From assembly GCA_965203905.1 (NCBI GenBank), contig CBDBDQ010000005.1, positions 960,001 to 1,024,000 on the forward strand: a DNA stretch of 64,000 bases, in the 5' to 3' direction. Position 1 is the stretch's first letter. Every line of letters starts with the position of its first letter. The stretch comes from Spirochaetia bacterium (GTDB taxonomy: Bacteria > Spirochaetota > Spirochaetia > SZUA-6 > Bin103). This document shows positions 29,534-38,357 of this stretch, in pieces. The notes beneath the pieces were generated by a model. The model saw only the letters and a list, made by a program, of their open reading frames with translations. It searched no databases and was not told the DNA's origin. The position numbers and the translations under genes are program-made.

Positions 29534-30637
29534 ATGAGCCGTCTGCACAATTTTTCCGCCGGTCCTGGAGCACTGCCGATGGCGGTGCTGGAAGAGGCTC
29601 GCGAGGCACTGCTGGAGCTGCCCGGAGCGGGCGCTTCGATCATCGAGATCAGCCATCGCTCGGACCCGTTCGCGGCGATTCTGGCGGAGACCAAGGACAA
29701 CGTGCGTGCGCTGCTGGGCATCGGCGACGAGTATGAGGTGCTGCTGCTGCAGGGTGGTGCACAACAGCAGTTTGCGCTGATCCCGATGAACTTTCTCGCC
29801 GGCACGGGGCGCTGCGCCGAGTACGTGGTGAGCGGGTACTGGGCCGGCAAGGCGTACCGCGAGGCCGCGGCGGAGGGGCATAGTGCGGCCCTGTGGGACG
29901 GCGCCGGCGACGACTACCGGCGCATGCCCGGCGCGTCCGAGCTGACTCTCGACGGGCCGCGCCGCGAACGCGCCGCCTACGTCCACTACACCGCCAACGA
30001 GACCATCCAGGGCACCCAGCTCCGGGATTTGCCCGACTTCGGGCCCGTACCCGCAATCTGCGACGCCTCATCCGACATCCTCTCCCGTCCGCTGCCGATG
30101 GAGCGCTGCAGCATGCTCTATGCCAGCGCACAGAAGAACCTCGGGCCTGCGGGGCTCACCCTGGTGATCGCGCACCGCGACCTGCTGCAACGCGGCGCCC
30201 GCGGGCTGCACCCGATGCTGGACTATCGTGAGCTGGCAGCGCAGGACTCGGTGCTGAACACGCCGCCGGTATTCGCGATCTACGTTACCCTGCTGGTGAC
30301 GCGCTGGATTCGGGACGAGGTCGGAGGACTGCAGGCGATGGCACGCCGCAACCGCGCCAAGGCGGAACTCCTGTATCGGGTGCTGGATGACTCCGACGGC
30401 TTCTATCGTGGGCATGCGCGGCAGGAGAGCCGGTCGCACATGAACGTCACCTGGCGACTCGCCGACGAGGAGCTGGAACGGCGCTTCCTGGAGGAGGCGG
30501 CCGCGGCCGGATGCATCGAGTTGCGCGGCCATCGCTCGGTGGGTGGCGTACGCGCTTCGCTGTACAATGCGGTGACCCCGGAGAGCTGCCGGGTACTGGC
30601 GGATTTCATGGGGGAGTTCCGGCGCCGCTACGGATAG
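29534..30637 (+). CDS. serC: Phosphoserine aminotransferase
   Basis: HNFSAGP, EISHRS, NETIQG, AQKNLGPAG, NTPPVFAIY, GHRSVGGVRASLYNA. Confidence 0.97.
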   Translation: MSRLHNFSAGPGALPMAVLEEAREALLELPGAGASIIEISHRSDPFAAILAETKDNVRALLGIGDEYEVLLLQGGAQQQFALIPMNFLAGTGRCAEYVVSGYWAGKAYREAAAEGHSAALWDGAGDDYRRMPGASELTLDGPRRERAAYVHYTANETIQGTQLRDLPDFGPVPAICDASSDILSRPLPMERCSMLYASAQKNLGPAGLTLVIAHRDLLQRGARGLHPMLDYRELAAQDSVLNTPPVFAIYVTLLVTRWIRDEVGGLQAMARRNRAKAELLYRVLDDSDGFYRGHARQESRSHMNVTWRLADEELERRFLEEAAAAGCIELRGHRSVGGVRASLYNAVTPESCRVLADFMGEFRRRYG

Positions 30638-30712
30638 CGCCCCAAAACCGACGCCCGAGGCGGCGCTTTTGGCCCATCCCATCCGGCACTCGGAGTGAAG
30701 TGAGTGAGGAGC

Positions 30713-31687
30713 ATGGCAGACGGATGTTGTACCCCCGACGCAACGCGCAACGGCAACGGCGCGCGCGCCGCCGCAACCCCGGGGTCGCGGCCGGCAGCGC
30801 GGGCCACGGTCGGCGGTGCGCACGACGACGGCCGTCCCATGTGCGAGTTGCCGGCTACCACCTTCCTCATGGGGACCGATGCCGGCGACGGCTTTCCTGC
30901 GGACGGCGAGGGCCCGGTTCGCGAGGTCTCGCTGAGCGGCTTCGCCATCGATCTGTGCGCGGTAAGCAATGACGAGTTCGCCGCCTTCGTGGAGGCTAGC
31001 GGCTACGTCACCGAGGCCGAGCACTTCGGCTGGTCGTTCGTGTTCAAGAACCACGTCCCCAAGAGCGCCTTCAAGAAGCGACTGGTGCGCACGGTGCCGG
31101 GGTTGGCGTGGTGGTACGCGGTGGACCGCGCCTGCTGGAAACGCCCGGAGGGACCGGGCTCCAACGTCAGGAAGCGCGGTGGCCATCCGGTCATCCACGT
31201 CTCCCACGCCGACGCCCGAGCCTACTGCGCCTGGGCCGGCAAACGGCTGCCGAGCGAAGCGGAGTGGGAGCTTGCCGCCCGCGGCGGCCTGGAGCAGCGC
31301 AGCTACGCCTGGGGCGATGAGCTGACCCCCGGCGGCAAGCACTACTGCAACATCTGGCAGGGCAGGTTTCCCGAACACGATCGCGCCGCAGACGGTTACG
31401 CCGGCACCTGTCCGGTGCGGGCGTTCCCGCCCAACGGCTACGGCCTCTACAACGTCGCCGGGAACGTGTGGGAGTGGTGCGCGGACTGGTTCAGTCCCGA
31501 CTACCACCTCACCGCAGCGCCCACCGACCCTGGCGGCCCGCCGCGCGGCAGCAACCGGGTGATGCGCGGCGGCTCCTTCCTGTGCCACCGCTCCTACTGC
31601 AACCGCTACCGGGTCGCCGCCCGCACCAGCAATTCCCCCGACAGCTCCACCGCCAACCTCGGCTTCCGCTGCGCTCGTTCGCTGTAG
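30713..31687 (+). CDS. Formylglycine-generating enzyme (sulfatase-modifying factor)
   Basis: N-terminal CCTP, RLPSEAEWE, GNVWEWC, catalytic RGGSFLCHRSYCNRYR, NLGFRC. Confidence 0.92.
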   Translation: MADGCCTPDATRNGNGARAAATPGSRPAARATVGGAHDDGRPMCELPATTFLMGTDAGDGFPADGEGPVREVSLSGFAIDLCAVSNDEFAAFVEASGYVTEAEHFGWSFVFKNHVPKSAFKKRLVRTVPGLAWWYAVDRACWKRPEGPGSNVRKRGGHPVIHVSHADARAYCAWAGKRLPSEAEWELAARGGLEQRSYAWGDELTPGGKHYCNIWQGRFPEHDRAADGYAGTCPVRAFPPNGYGLYNVAGNVWEWCADWFSPDYHLTAAPTDPGGPPRGSNRVMRGGSFLCHRSYCNRYRVAARTSNSPDSSTANLGFRCARSL

Positions 31688-31726
31688 CCCCGCTGCGTGC
31701 GTGTTGGCCTCACCAGTAGTGCGACA

Positions 31727-31765
31727 TACAGAGTGAGCTAATTACAGAGCAGGAAACTTACAGAG
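31727..31765. repeat. Three TACAGAG direct repeats at exact 16-bp period
   Basis: Copies at 31727, 31743 and 31759 in the AT-richer gap between convergent genes. Confidence 0.7.
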
Positions 31766-31789
31766 TGGCCGGTTCACCAAGTGAGCGGC

Positions 31790-33088
31790 TCACTCGGTGA
31801 GCTTCGCGAAGCGGGCAAAGAAATCGGGAAAGGTCTTGGCGGTGCAGCCGGGATCGGCGATGGAGATGCCGGGCGTGCGCAGCCCGGTAACGGCGAAGGC
31901 CATGGCGATGCGGTGGTCGTCGTAGGTCTCGATGCTGGCGCCACGGGGGGATGCCGGCTCGATGCGGAGGCTGCCCGCCCCCTCGTTCACGGGCACCCCG
32001 ATACGGCGCAGCTCGGTAGCCATGGCGTGCACGCGATCGGTCTCCTGCAGGCGCGTATGGCCGATCCCGCGAATAGTCACCGGCCCCGATGCGAACGGCG
32101 CCATGGCTGCCAGGGTGGGCGCGGTGTCGCTGATCGCGGAAAGGTCGACGTCGATACCCGCCAGCGCCGACGGCCCCTGCACGGCGACCCCCGCGGCATC
32201 CAGCTCCACCCGGCAGCCCATCCGCCCGAGCACGTCCAGGAACGCGAGGTCGCCCTGCAGCGAGTCGCGGCCCAGGCCCGGTACCCGCACCCGCCCGCCG
32301 GTAACTGCCGCGGCGGCGAAGAAGTAGGAGGCACTGGTGGCGTCCGGCTCGATTACCAGGTCCTGCGCCCGATAGCGCTGGCCGGCCGGAATCGAGAAGC
32401 GGCGTCCGTTCTCCCCCACGGCGGCCCCGAATCGGCGCATGAGCTGCACCGTCATTGCGACGAAGGGTTCCGACACCAGCTTCCCCTCGATCTCCAGCGT
32501 CGTCGCCGCCCGCGCCAGGGGTGCCACCATCAACAGCGCCGAGATCGGCTGGCTGCTGCGCACGCCCGACACCTGCAGCTCGCCGCCCGCCAGGCCGCCG
32601 CCGCAGATCGTGAATGGCATGCGCACCGGCTGCGTGGCGGCGCTGATACGCGCGCCCTGAGCGGCGAGGGCGGTGAGCAGTTCCTCCATCGGCCGCTCCC
32701 GCATGCGCGGCGCCCCGTCTACCGTGTAGCAGCCGCTGCCCAGTGCCAGCAGCGCCGTGAGGAACCGCGCCGCCGTGCCGGCGAGGCCGACGAACAGGTC
32801 CGCCTCCGGCTCCGGCAGCATGCCGCCACGGCCGTCGACGCTGATCGTGGCCTGGTCCGGATCTTGCCGGACCTCGAGGCCGAGCGCCTGCAGCGCGGCG
32901 CCGAAGTAGTGGGTGTCGTCGCTGAACAGGGCGTTGTGCAGGGTGGAGGTGCCCGATGCCAGCGCGGCCAGGCACAGGGCGCGATTGGTCAGGCTCTTGG
33001 AGCCGGGAACGGAAACGGTCGCGTCGACCGGTCCCGCGACCGGCGTAATCGCCTGGGGAGGTTGGCGTTGATCGGCGGTGTGCGGCAT
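31790..33088 (-). CDS. aroA: 3-phosphoshikimate 1-carboxyvinyltransferase (EPSP synthase)
   Basis: VPGSKSLTNRAL, AGTAARFL, RERPM, SSQPISALL, RLQETDR, DDHRIAM, KTFPDFF. Confidence 0.96.
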   Translation of the reverse strand: MPHTADQRQPPQAITPVAGPVDATVSVPGSKSLTNRALCLAALASGTSTLHNALFSDDTHYFGAALQALGLEVRQDPDQATISVDGRGGMLPEPEADLFVGLAGTAARFLTALLALGSGCYTVDGAPRMRERPMEELLTALAAQGARISAATQPVRMPFTICGGGLAGGELQVSGVRSSQPISALLMVAPLARAATTLEIEGKLVSEPFVAMTVQLMRRFGAAVGENGRRFSIPAGQRYRAQDLVIEPDATSASYFFAAAAVTGGRVRVPGLGRDSLQGDLAFLDVLGRMGCRVELDAAGVAVQGPSALAGIDVDLSAISDTAPTLAAMAPFASGPVTIRGIGHTRLQETDRVHAMATELRRIGVPVNEGAGSLRIEPASPRGASIETYDDHRIAMAFAVTGLRTPGISIADPGCTAKTFPDFFARFAKLTE

Positions 33089-33157
33089 GCTGGGGACGAA
33101 CAGGGGCCGTGCAGCACGGCCCCGCATTCGCACCGCATGGTGCTACAGGAGTTGCAC

Positions 33158-33535
33158 ATGTACAAGACGCCGATTACCTCCGAGCAGGGGGCGCCTCCAG
33201 GCGGGCCGTATACCCCGGCGTTGCGCTGGGGAGACCTGGTATTCGTTTCCGGACAGGTGGGAGTCGACCCGGCGACCGGCCAAGCCGTCGAGGGCGACTT
33301 CAGCGCCGAAGTGCGCCGGGTCCTGGACAACGTCAGGACGCTGGTGCAGGCCGGCGGATCTTCCATGGACAAGGTGCTGAAGGTGACCGTCTATCTCACC
33401 GACATGGCGCGCTTCGCGGAGATGAACGCCGTCTACGAGGAGTACTTTCCCGAACCGCGCCCTACCCGCAGCACCGTGCAGGTGGGGCTCGCCAAGCAGT
33501 ACCGCGTTGAGATCGACGTCATCGCCGGCACCTGA
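33158..33535 (+). CDS. RidA/YjgF family reactive-intermediate deaminase
   Basis: APPGGPYTPA, VFVSGQ, FAEMNAVY, PTRSTV, VEIDVIA; AGGAG SD. Confidence 0.92.
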   Translation: MYKTPITSEQGAPPGGPYTPALRWGDLVFVSGQVGVDPATGQAVEGDFSAEVRRVLDNVRTLVQAGGSSMDKVLKVTVYLTDMARFAEMNAVYEEYFPEPRPTRSTVQVGLAKQYRVEIDVIAGT

Positions 33536-33569
33536 CCGCGATCCTCCGATCGATCATCCCGGAGAGCAG

Positions 33570-34679
33570 GTAGAGACCACCCGCCACGAGATCCACTTCG
33601 CCGACTCGCGCACGATGGCCGCGGTCCCTGACGACTCGGTCTCCCTGGTGGTGACCTCACCGCCCTACCCGATGATCGAGTTGTGGGACGCACAGTTCGC
33701 CGCGGCCGACCCGCACATCGCGCAGGCGCTGTCAGCCGAGCGTGGCAATCAGGCATTCGAGTTGATGCATTGCCGCCTCGACGTGGTATGGCGCGAGTGT
33801 CATCGGGTGCTCCAGCCGGGCGGGTTGGCGTGCATCAACATCGGCGACGCGACGCGCAAGACCGGCGGCGAATTCCGGCTGTTCTCCAACCACAGTCGCA
33901 TCCTGCACGCGCTGACAGGGCTCGGCTTCTCCGTGTTGCCCGACATCCTGTGGCGCAAGCCGACCAATGCGCCGAACAAGTTCCTCGGCTCGGGCATGCT
34001 GCCGGCAGGCGCCTACGTCACCTACGAGCACGAGTACATCCTGATCGCGCGCAAGGGCGGCCCGCGCAAGTTCTCGCCCGCCGACAGGGCCCGCCGCCGA
34101 CGCAGCGCCTTCTTCTGGGAAGAGCGCAACGTCTGGTTCTCCGACGTGTGGCTCGACCTGGTCGGCGCCCGGCAGCTTCTCGGCAGCGCAGGACTCGATG
34201 ATCCCGACGCCCGCGCGCGCAGCGCCGCGTACCCGTTCGAACTGGCGTACCGCCTGATCCAGATGCACTCCCTGATCGGCGACACCGTGCTCGACCCGTT
34301 CCTCGGCACCGGCACCACCACCGCCGCCGCCATCGCCAGCGGTCGCTCCAGCATCGGATTCGAAATCGAACACAGCCTCGCGCAAACAATTCGCAACACG
34401 ACCGAGACCGCCGGGAAGCTGGGACACGAGTACGTACGGCGCCGGCTGGATGCCCATCTCGATTTCGTGCAATCCCGGGAGGCGGCAGGCCGCCCCTGCC
34501 GCCATGTCAACCGTCACTACGGTTTCCCGGTGATTACCGGCCAGGAAACTGACCTGCAATTCCTTATACCAGATGTAATAAGTCTTGATTCGAAAGGTAA
34601 CTGTTCGACGAGTCACAGAGTTGCTCCACAACCGATTCGGGAGTCTCAGCAAGAGCTCTCATTCGGAAACACATCATGA
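33570..34679 (+). CDS. Beta-class N4-cytosine DNA methyltransferase, M.MthZI/M.MjaI-like (CTAG predicted); start codon uncertain
   Basis: VVTSPPYPMIELWD (motif IV) precedes VLDPFLGTGTT (motif I). NIGDATRK, GSGMLP..AYVT.EHEYIL, FWEERN.WFSDVW and AAYPFELAYRLI recall M.MthZI. Confidence 0.85.
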   Translation, partial: VETTRHEIHFADSRTMAAVPDDSVSLVVTSPPYPMIELWDAQFAAADPHIAQALSAERGNQAFELMHCRLDVVWRECHRVLQPGGLACINIGDATRKTGGEFRLFSNHSRILHALTGLGFSVLPDILWRKPTNAPNKFLGSGMLPAGAYVTYEHEYILIARKGGPRKFSPADRARRRRSAFFWEERNVWFSDVWLDLVGARQLLGSAGLDDPDARARSAAYPFELAYRLIQMHSLIGDTVLDPFLGTGTTTAAAIASGRSSIGFEIEHSLAQTIRNTTETAGKLGHEYVRRRLDAHLDFVQSREAAGRPCRHVNRHYGFPVITGQETDLQFLIPDVISLDSKGNCSTSHRVAPQPIRESQQELSFGNTS

Positions 34680-34738
34680 AGATCAAGAGGCGGAACGGAA
34701 CGATTGTGGCTGATCTCGACGAGGTTGAGCGGCCTTGA
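34676..34738 (+). pseudogene. 20-codon ORF, probable internally deleted cognate restriction endonuclease
   Basis: MKIKRRNGTIVADLDEVERP*; ATGA overlap with the MTase stop and TTGA overlap with the next start. Confidence 0.55.
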
Positions 34739-35645
34739 ATCGGGACCAACTGGCTGGTCTGATCGGCTCCGGGGAGAACTCCGGTGTCGAGTTCAAGCGG
34801 GATGAGTTGCGCGCGGAGCGGGTGGCGAGAGAAATCGCTGGTCTGCTCAACCTGGAAGGTGGTCACGTTCTTCTGGGGGTGGAGGACGACGGAACGGTTA
34901 CCGGGCTGTCCCGCGGTCGGCGGCAGGCCGAGGAGTGGGTGATGGAGGTGGCCCGCACCCATGTGCGTCCAGCCACGATTCCCTACTGGGAAACGGTTGA
35001 GTGGCGCGAAGGCATGATTGTCGGCGTCGTGTCACTGCCGGCGGACGCCCCGGACAAGCCCTACAAGGCGAAGCGCGGATCGGCCTGGGTTACCCAGGTG
35101 CGTGCCGGAACTACCACCCGGGACGCCACCGACGAGGAAGAGATGCGCCTCTACCAGCAGTCGGGACGGCTGCAGTACGACCGCAAGCCGGTGCCGGGCA
35201 CGTCGTTTGCCGACCTCGATCCGCGCCGGCTGATCAACTACTTCCGCGACCTGCGACAACAGGACTTCCCCGAAATCGCGGACCAAGACTCCTGGACGCG
35301 GTTGCTCGTCAACACCGAGATCATGGTCGAGGGCCGCGGCCGCGCCATGGCGAGTGCGGCCGGACTGCTCCTGTTCGGGAGGAACCCCGGCCGCTACCTG
35401 CCGCAGGCGGGTGTCAGTGCGGCGGCCTACGCGGGGGTCGAGAAGGACTACGACGCGAAGGAACGGGCAACGGTGCGCGGGCCGGCGTTGTCGACTATGG
35501 CTACATCGAGGCCACCGGCCTCGGGGTGCCGCGCAAGATCGTACGGGGCATGCGCGAGCACAACGGCACCGAACCCGACCTGATCGAAGAGGACGACCGC
35601 TTCACGGTCCGGCTGTGGAAGCAGAGCCCGTCGCTGGCGCGGTAG
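34735..35645 (+). pseudogene. AlbA_2 (Schlafen-like)/HATPase_c_4 protein with internal deletion and frameshift
   Basis: GENSGVEFKRD...NLEGGHVLLGVEDDG N-terminus. After ...VRGP (~35485) the family C-terminus (DYGYIEATGLGV...FTVRLW) continues in another frame, and the REAxxNA segment is missing. Confidence 0.75.
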
Positions 35646-35659
35646 CAGTGGTCCGAGCG

Positions 35660-35715
35660 ATTTCTCCTTTTCAAAAGGAGAAATAACCTATATTTTCTCC
35701 TTTCAGCAAGGAGAA
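35660..35715. promoter_or_regulatory. Two related palindromes over the promoter/SD of the AAA_14 gene
   Basis: ATTTCTCCTTTT-C-AAAAGGAGAAAT (35660-35684) and TTCTCCTT-TCAGC-AAGGAGAA (35695-35715); centres 33 bp apart. Confidence 0.75.
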
Positions 35716-35720
35716 TTAAG

Positions 35721-37043
35721 ATGGTAGGATCGTTGCGTCAGGCTTTGGTGGAGCAGCTTGCCGACTCGCTGGGGAAGCCGCTGCCTTCGTTTACCCCGCG
35801 GCGCGTGTTCGGGCGCACCGGCCTGCCCGGCAAGGCCACGGCGGTGACCGGGATGCGGCGCGCCGGCAAGACCACCTTTCTGCATCAGCTTCGCCAGGAG
35901 CGGGTCGAGGGAGGCACCCCGCTCGACCGGCTGCCGTTCGTTTCCTTCGAGGACGAGCGCCTGGCCGGCCTGGAAGCCGGCGAGCTTGGCGTGCTGGTGG
36001 ACGAGTATTACCGGCGCGTGCCACAGGCTCATGGCGCGACGGTGACGTGGTGCTTCGACGAGATTCAACTGGTGCCGGGGTGGGAACGGTTCGTGCGCCG
36101 GCTTCTCGACAGCGGCGGTTGCGAGGTGTTCGTAACCGGCTCGTCTGCCGCGCTGCTGTCGCGGGAGATCGCCACCGCGTTACGCGGTCGGGCGTGGCAG
36201 GTGCTGTTGCATCCGTTCTCCTTTGCGGAGGCGCTCCGCCACCGTGATCGGACGATTCCTGCCGGCGGCCTGCTGTGGCGCCGCGAGCGCTCCCACCTGG
36301 AACGGGCGCTGCTGGACTGGCTTGCCGTGGGGGGCTTTCCCGAAGCGCAGCGCCTCGACGCCGCCGCGCGGTTTCAGCTCGTTCGCGACTACGTGGACGT
36401 GGCCGTGCTGCGCGACGTGGTGGAGCGGCATCAGGTGCGCAACGTGACCGCCCTGCGCTGGCTGGTGCGTCACCTCCTGGGGAACGCCGCGGCAACCTTC
36501 AGCGTAGAGAAGTTTCACGCCGTCTTGCGTTCGCAGGGCCTGGCGGTTGCCCGGGATACGCTGCACCAGTTGCTCGCCCACCTGGAGGACTGCTATCTGG
36601 TGCGCCTGGTGTGGATGGAGTCGGTGTCCGAGCGCCAGCGCATGGTGAACCCGCGCAAGGCGTATCCGGTCGATCCGGGCTTGATTTCGGTGTTCGACCG
36701 TAGCGGACGCAGGAACCTCGGCCATGCCCTGGAGACCGCGGTCCTGGTAGAGCTGGAACGGCGCCGGCGTGAGGTCACCTACGTCCGCACCCCGCAAGGC
36801 TATGAAGTCGACTTCCTCGCCCGCAACGCTGACGGTTCCGTGGAACTGCTGCAGGTGTGTGCCGACCTCTCCGACGTCGGAACCGCCACCCGTGAGCTGC
36901 GCGCCCTGGCGGCCGCCGGTGAACGGTTCCCGCACGCCCGCAAGCTCCTGATCACGTTGACCGGCGACGCCGGTCCCGCGACGCCGCCCGCGGGTGTCGA
37001 GGTCCAGTCAGCCGCCGAGTGGCTGCTCGAGCCGTATCGGTAG
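35721..37043 (+). CDS. AAA_14 ATPase with DUF4143 nuclease-like C-terminus
   Basis: GMRRAGKT, FDEIQ, VTGSS, GGFPE, RKAYPVDPGL, ALETAV, YEVDF...LLQV. Confidence 0.9.
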   Translation: MVGSLRQALVEQLADSLGKPLPSFTPRRVFGRTGLPGKATAVTGMRRAGKTTFLHQLRQERVEGGTPLDRLPFVSFEDERLAGLEAGELGVLVDEYYRRVPQAHGATVTWCFDEIQLVPGWERFVRRLLDSGGCEVFVTGSSAALLSREIATALRGRAWQVLLHPFSFAEALRHRDRTIPAGGLLWRRERSHLERALLDWLAVGGFPEAQRLDAAARFQLVRDYVDVAVLRDVVERHQVRNVTALRWLVRHLLGNAAATFSVEKFHAVLRSQGLAVARDTLHQLLAHLEDCYLVRLVWMESVSERQRMVNPRKAYPVDPGLISVFDRSGRRNLGHALETAVLVELERRRREVTYVRTPQGYEVDFLARNADGSVELLQVCADLSDVGTATRELRALAAAGERFPHARKLLITLTGDAGPATPPAGVEVQSAAEWLLEPYR

Positions 37044-37045
37044 CG

Positions 37046-38326
37046 TCAGGAGACGCGTATGATCTGCTCGCGGCGCGGGCCGACCGAGATCCAGCGCACC
37101 GGGATACCGGCCGCCGTCTCGATGGCGCGCACGTAGGCCTGGGCCTGGGGCGGCAGGTCGGCGAAGCGCCGGGCATCGCTGATGTCGCAACGCCAGCCCG
37201 GCAGCGTCTCGTACACCGGACGCGCCCGCTCCAGCAGCGCCGTCGACGGGAACTCGGCGCGCCGGACGCCGTCCACTTCATACGCGGTGCAGATGGGAAT
37301 GGCGTCCAGGTAGCCGAGCACGTCCAGCAGGGTCACGGCCAGCTCGCTCGCGCCCTGCACCGCGCAGCCGTAGCGGGTGGCGACCGCGTCGAACCAGCCG
37401 ACGCGGCGCGGGCGGCCGGTGGTGGCGCCGTACTCGCCGGCGTCGCCGCCGCGCTCGCGCAGCTCGTCGCCGCAGGGACCGCTCAGCTCGGTGGCGAAGG
37501 GCCCGGCACCGACACAGGAGGAGTACGCCTTGACCGTCGCCACCACCCGCTCGATGGCGCGCGCGGGAAGGCCGGCGCCGACCGTGGCGAACCCCGCCAG
37601 GGGTGATGAAGAGGTGGTGTAGGGGTAAATGCCGTGGTCAGGGTCGCGCAACGCGCCGAGCTGGCCTTCCAGCAGGATGCGCTTGCCGTCACGCAACGCC
37701 GCCTGCAGCAGGGTGGCGGCGTCCACCACGATCTCGCGCACCTTCGCGCCGAGGGCCAGCAGTTCCTCGACCAGCGGGTCGAGCCGCAGCGGCGCCGCGC
37801 CGTAGAGGTGTTCCAGCAGCACGTTGATGCGTGACACGGTCTGGCGCAGGCGCTTGCGCAGGTGGTCGCCGTCGAACAGGTCGCCCACCTGGATCCCTAC
37901 CTTGAGGTACTTGTCGGCGTAGAACGGCGCCATGCCAGTCTGGGTGGAGCCGAACGCGGCCGCGCCGCGCCGCGCCTCCTCCAGCCGATCCAGCTCCACG
38001 TGGTGGGGCAGCACCACCTGGGCGCGCTCGGCAATCAGCACCCGCGGATTGGGCGCTCCCCGGTCACGCAACTCGGCCAGCTCCTGCAGCAGCGCAGCCA
38101 CGTCCACGGCCACGCCCGGTCCGAGCAGGTTGGTGGTGTGGTCGTAGAACACCCCGCACGGGACCAGGTGCAGGGCGAACTTGCCGTACCGGTTGATGAC
38201 GGTGTGGCCCGCGTTACGCCCGCCTTGAAAACGAATCACCAGGTCGGACGACTCCGCCAGGTAGTCGCACAGCTTGCCCTTGCCCTCGTCGCCCCAGTTG
38301 GCGCCGACCACGGCCGTTACCGGCAT
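37046..38326 (-). CDS. purA: Adenylosuccinate synthetase
   Basis: GANWGDEGKGK, RFQGGRNAGHT, GIYPYTTSS, EYGATTGRPRRVGWFD. Confidence 0.97.
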   Translation of the reverse strand: MPVTAVVGANWGDEGKGKLCDYLAESSDLVIRFQGGRNAGHTVINRYGKFALHLVPCGVFYDHTTNLLGPGVAVDVAALLQELAELRDRGAPNPRVLIAERAQVVLPHHVELDRLEEARRGAAAFGSTQTGMAPFYADKYLKVGIQVGDLFDGDHLRKRLRQTVSRINVLLEHLYGAAPLRLDPLVEELLALGAKVREIVVDAATLLQAALRDGKRILLEGQLGALRDPDHGIYPYTTSSSPLAGFATVGAGLPARAIERVVATVKAYSSCVGAGPFATELSGPCGDELRERGGDAGEYGATTGRPRRVGWFDAVATRYGCAVQGASELAVTLLDVLGYLDAIPICTAYEVDGVRRAEFPSTALLERARPVYETLPGWRCDISDARRFADLPPQAQAYVRAIETAAGIPVRWISVGPRREQIIRVS

Positions 38327-38357
38327 TGCACGCTCCTCGACCGCGCCCTCGCCATTG

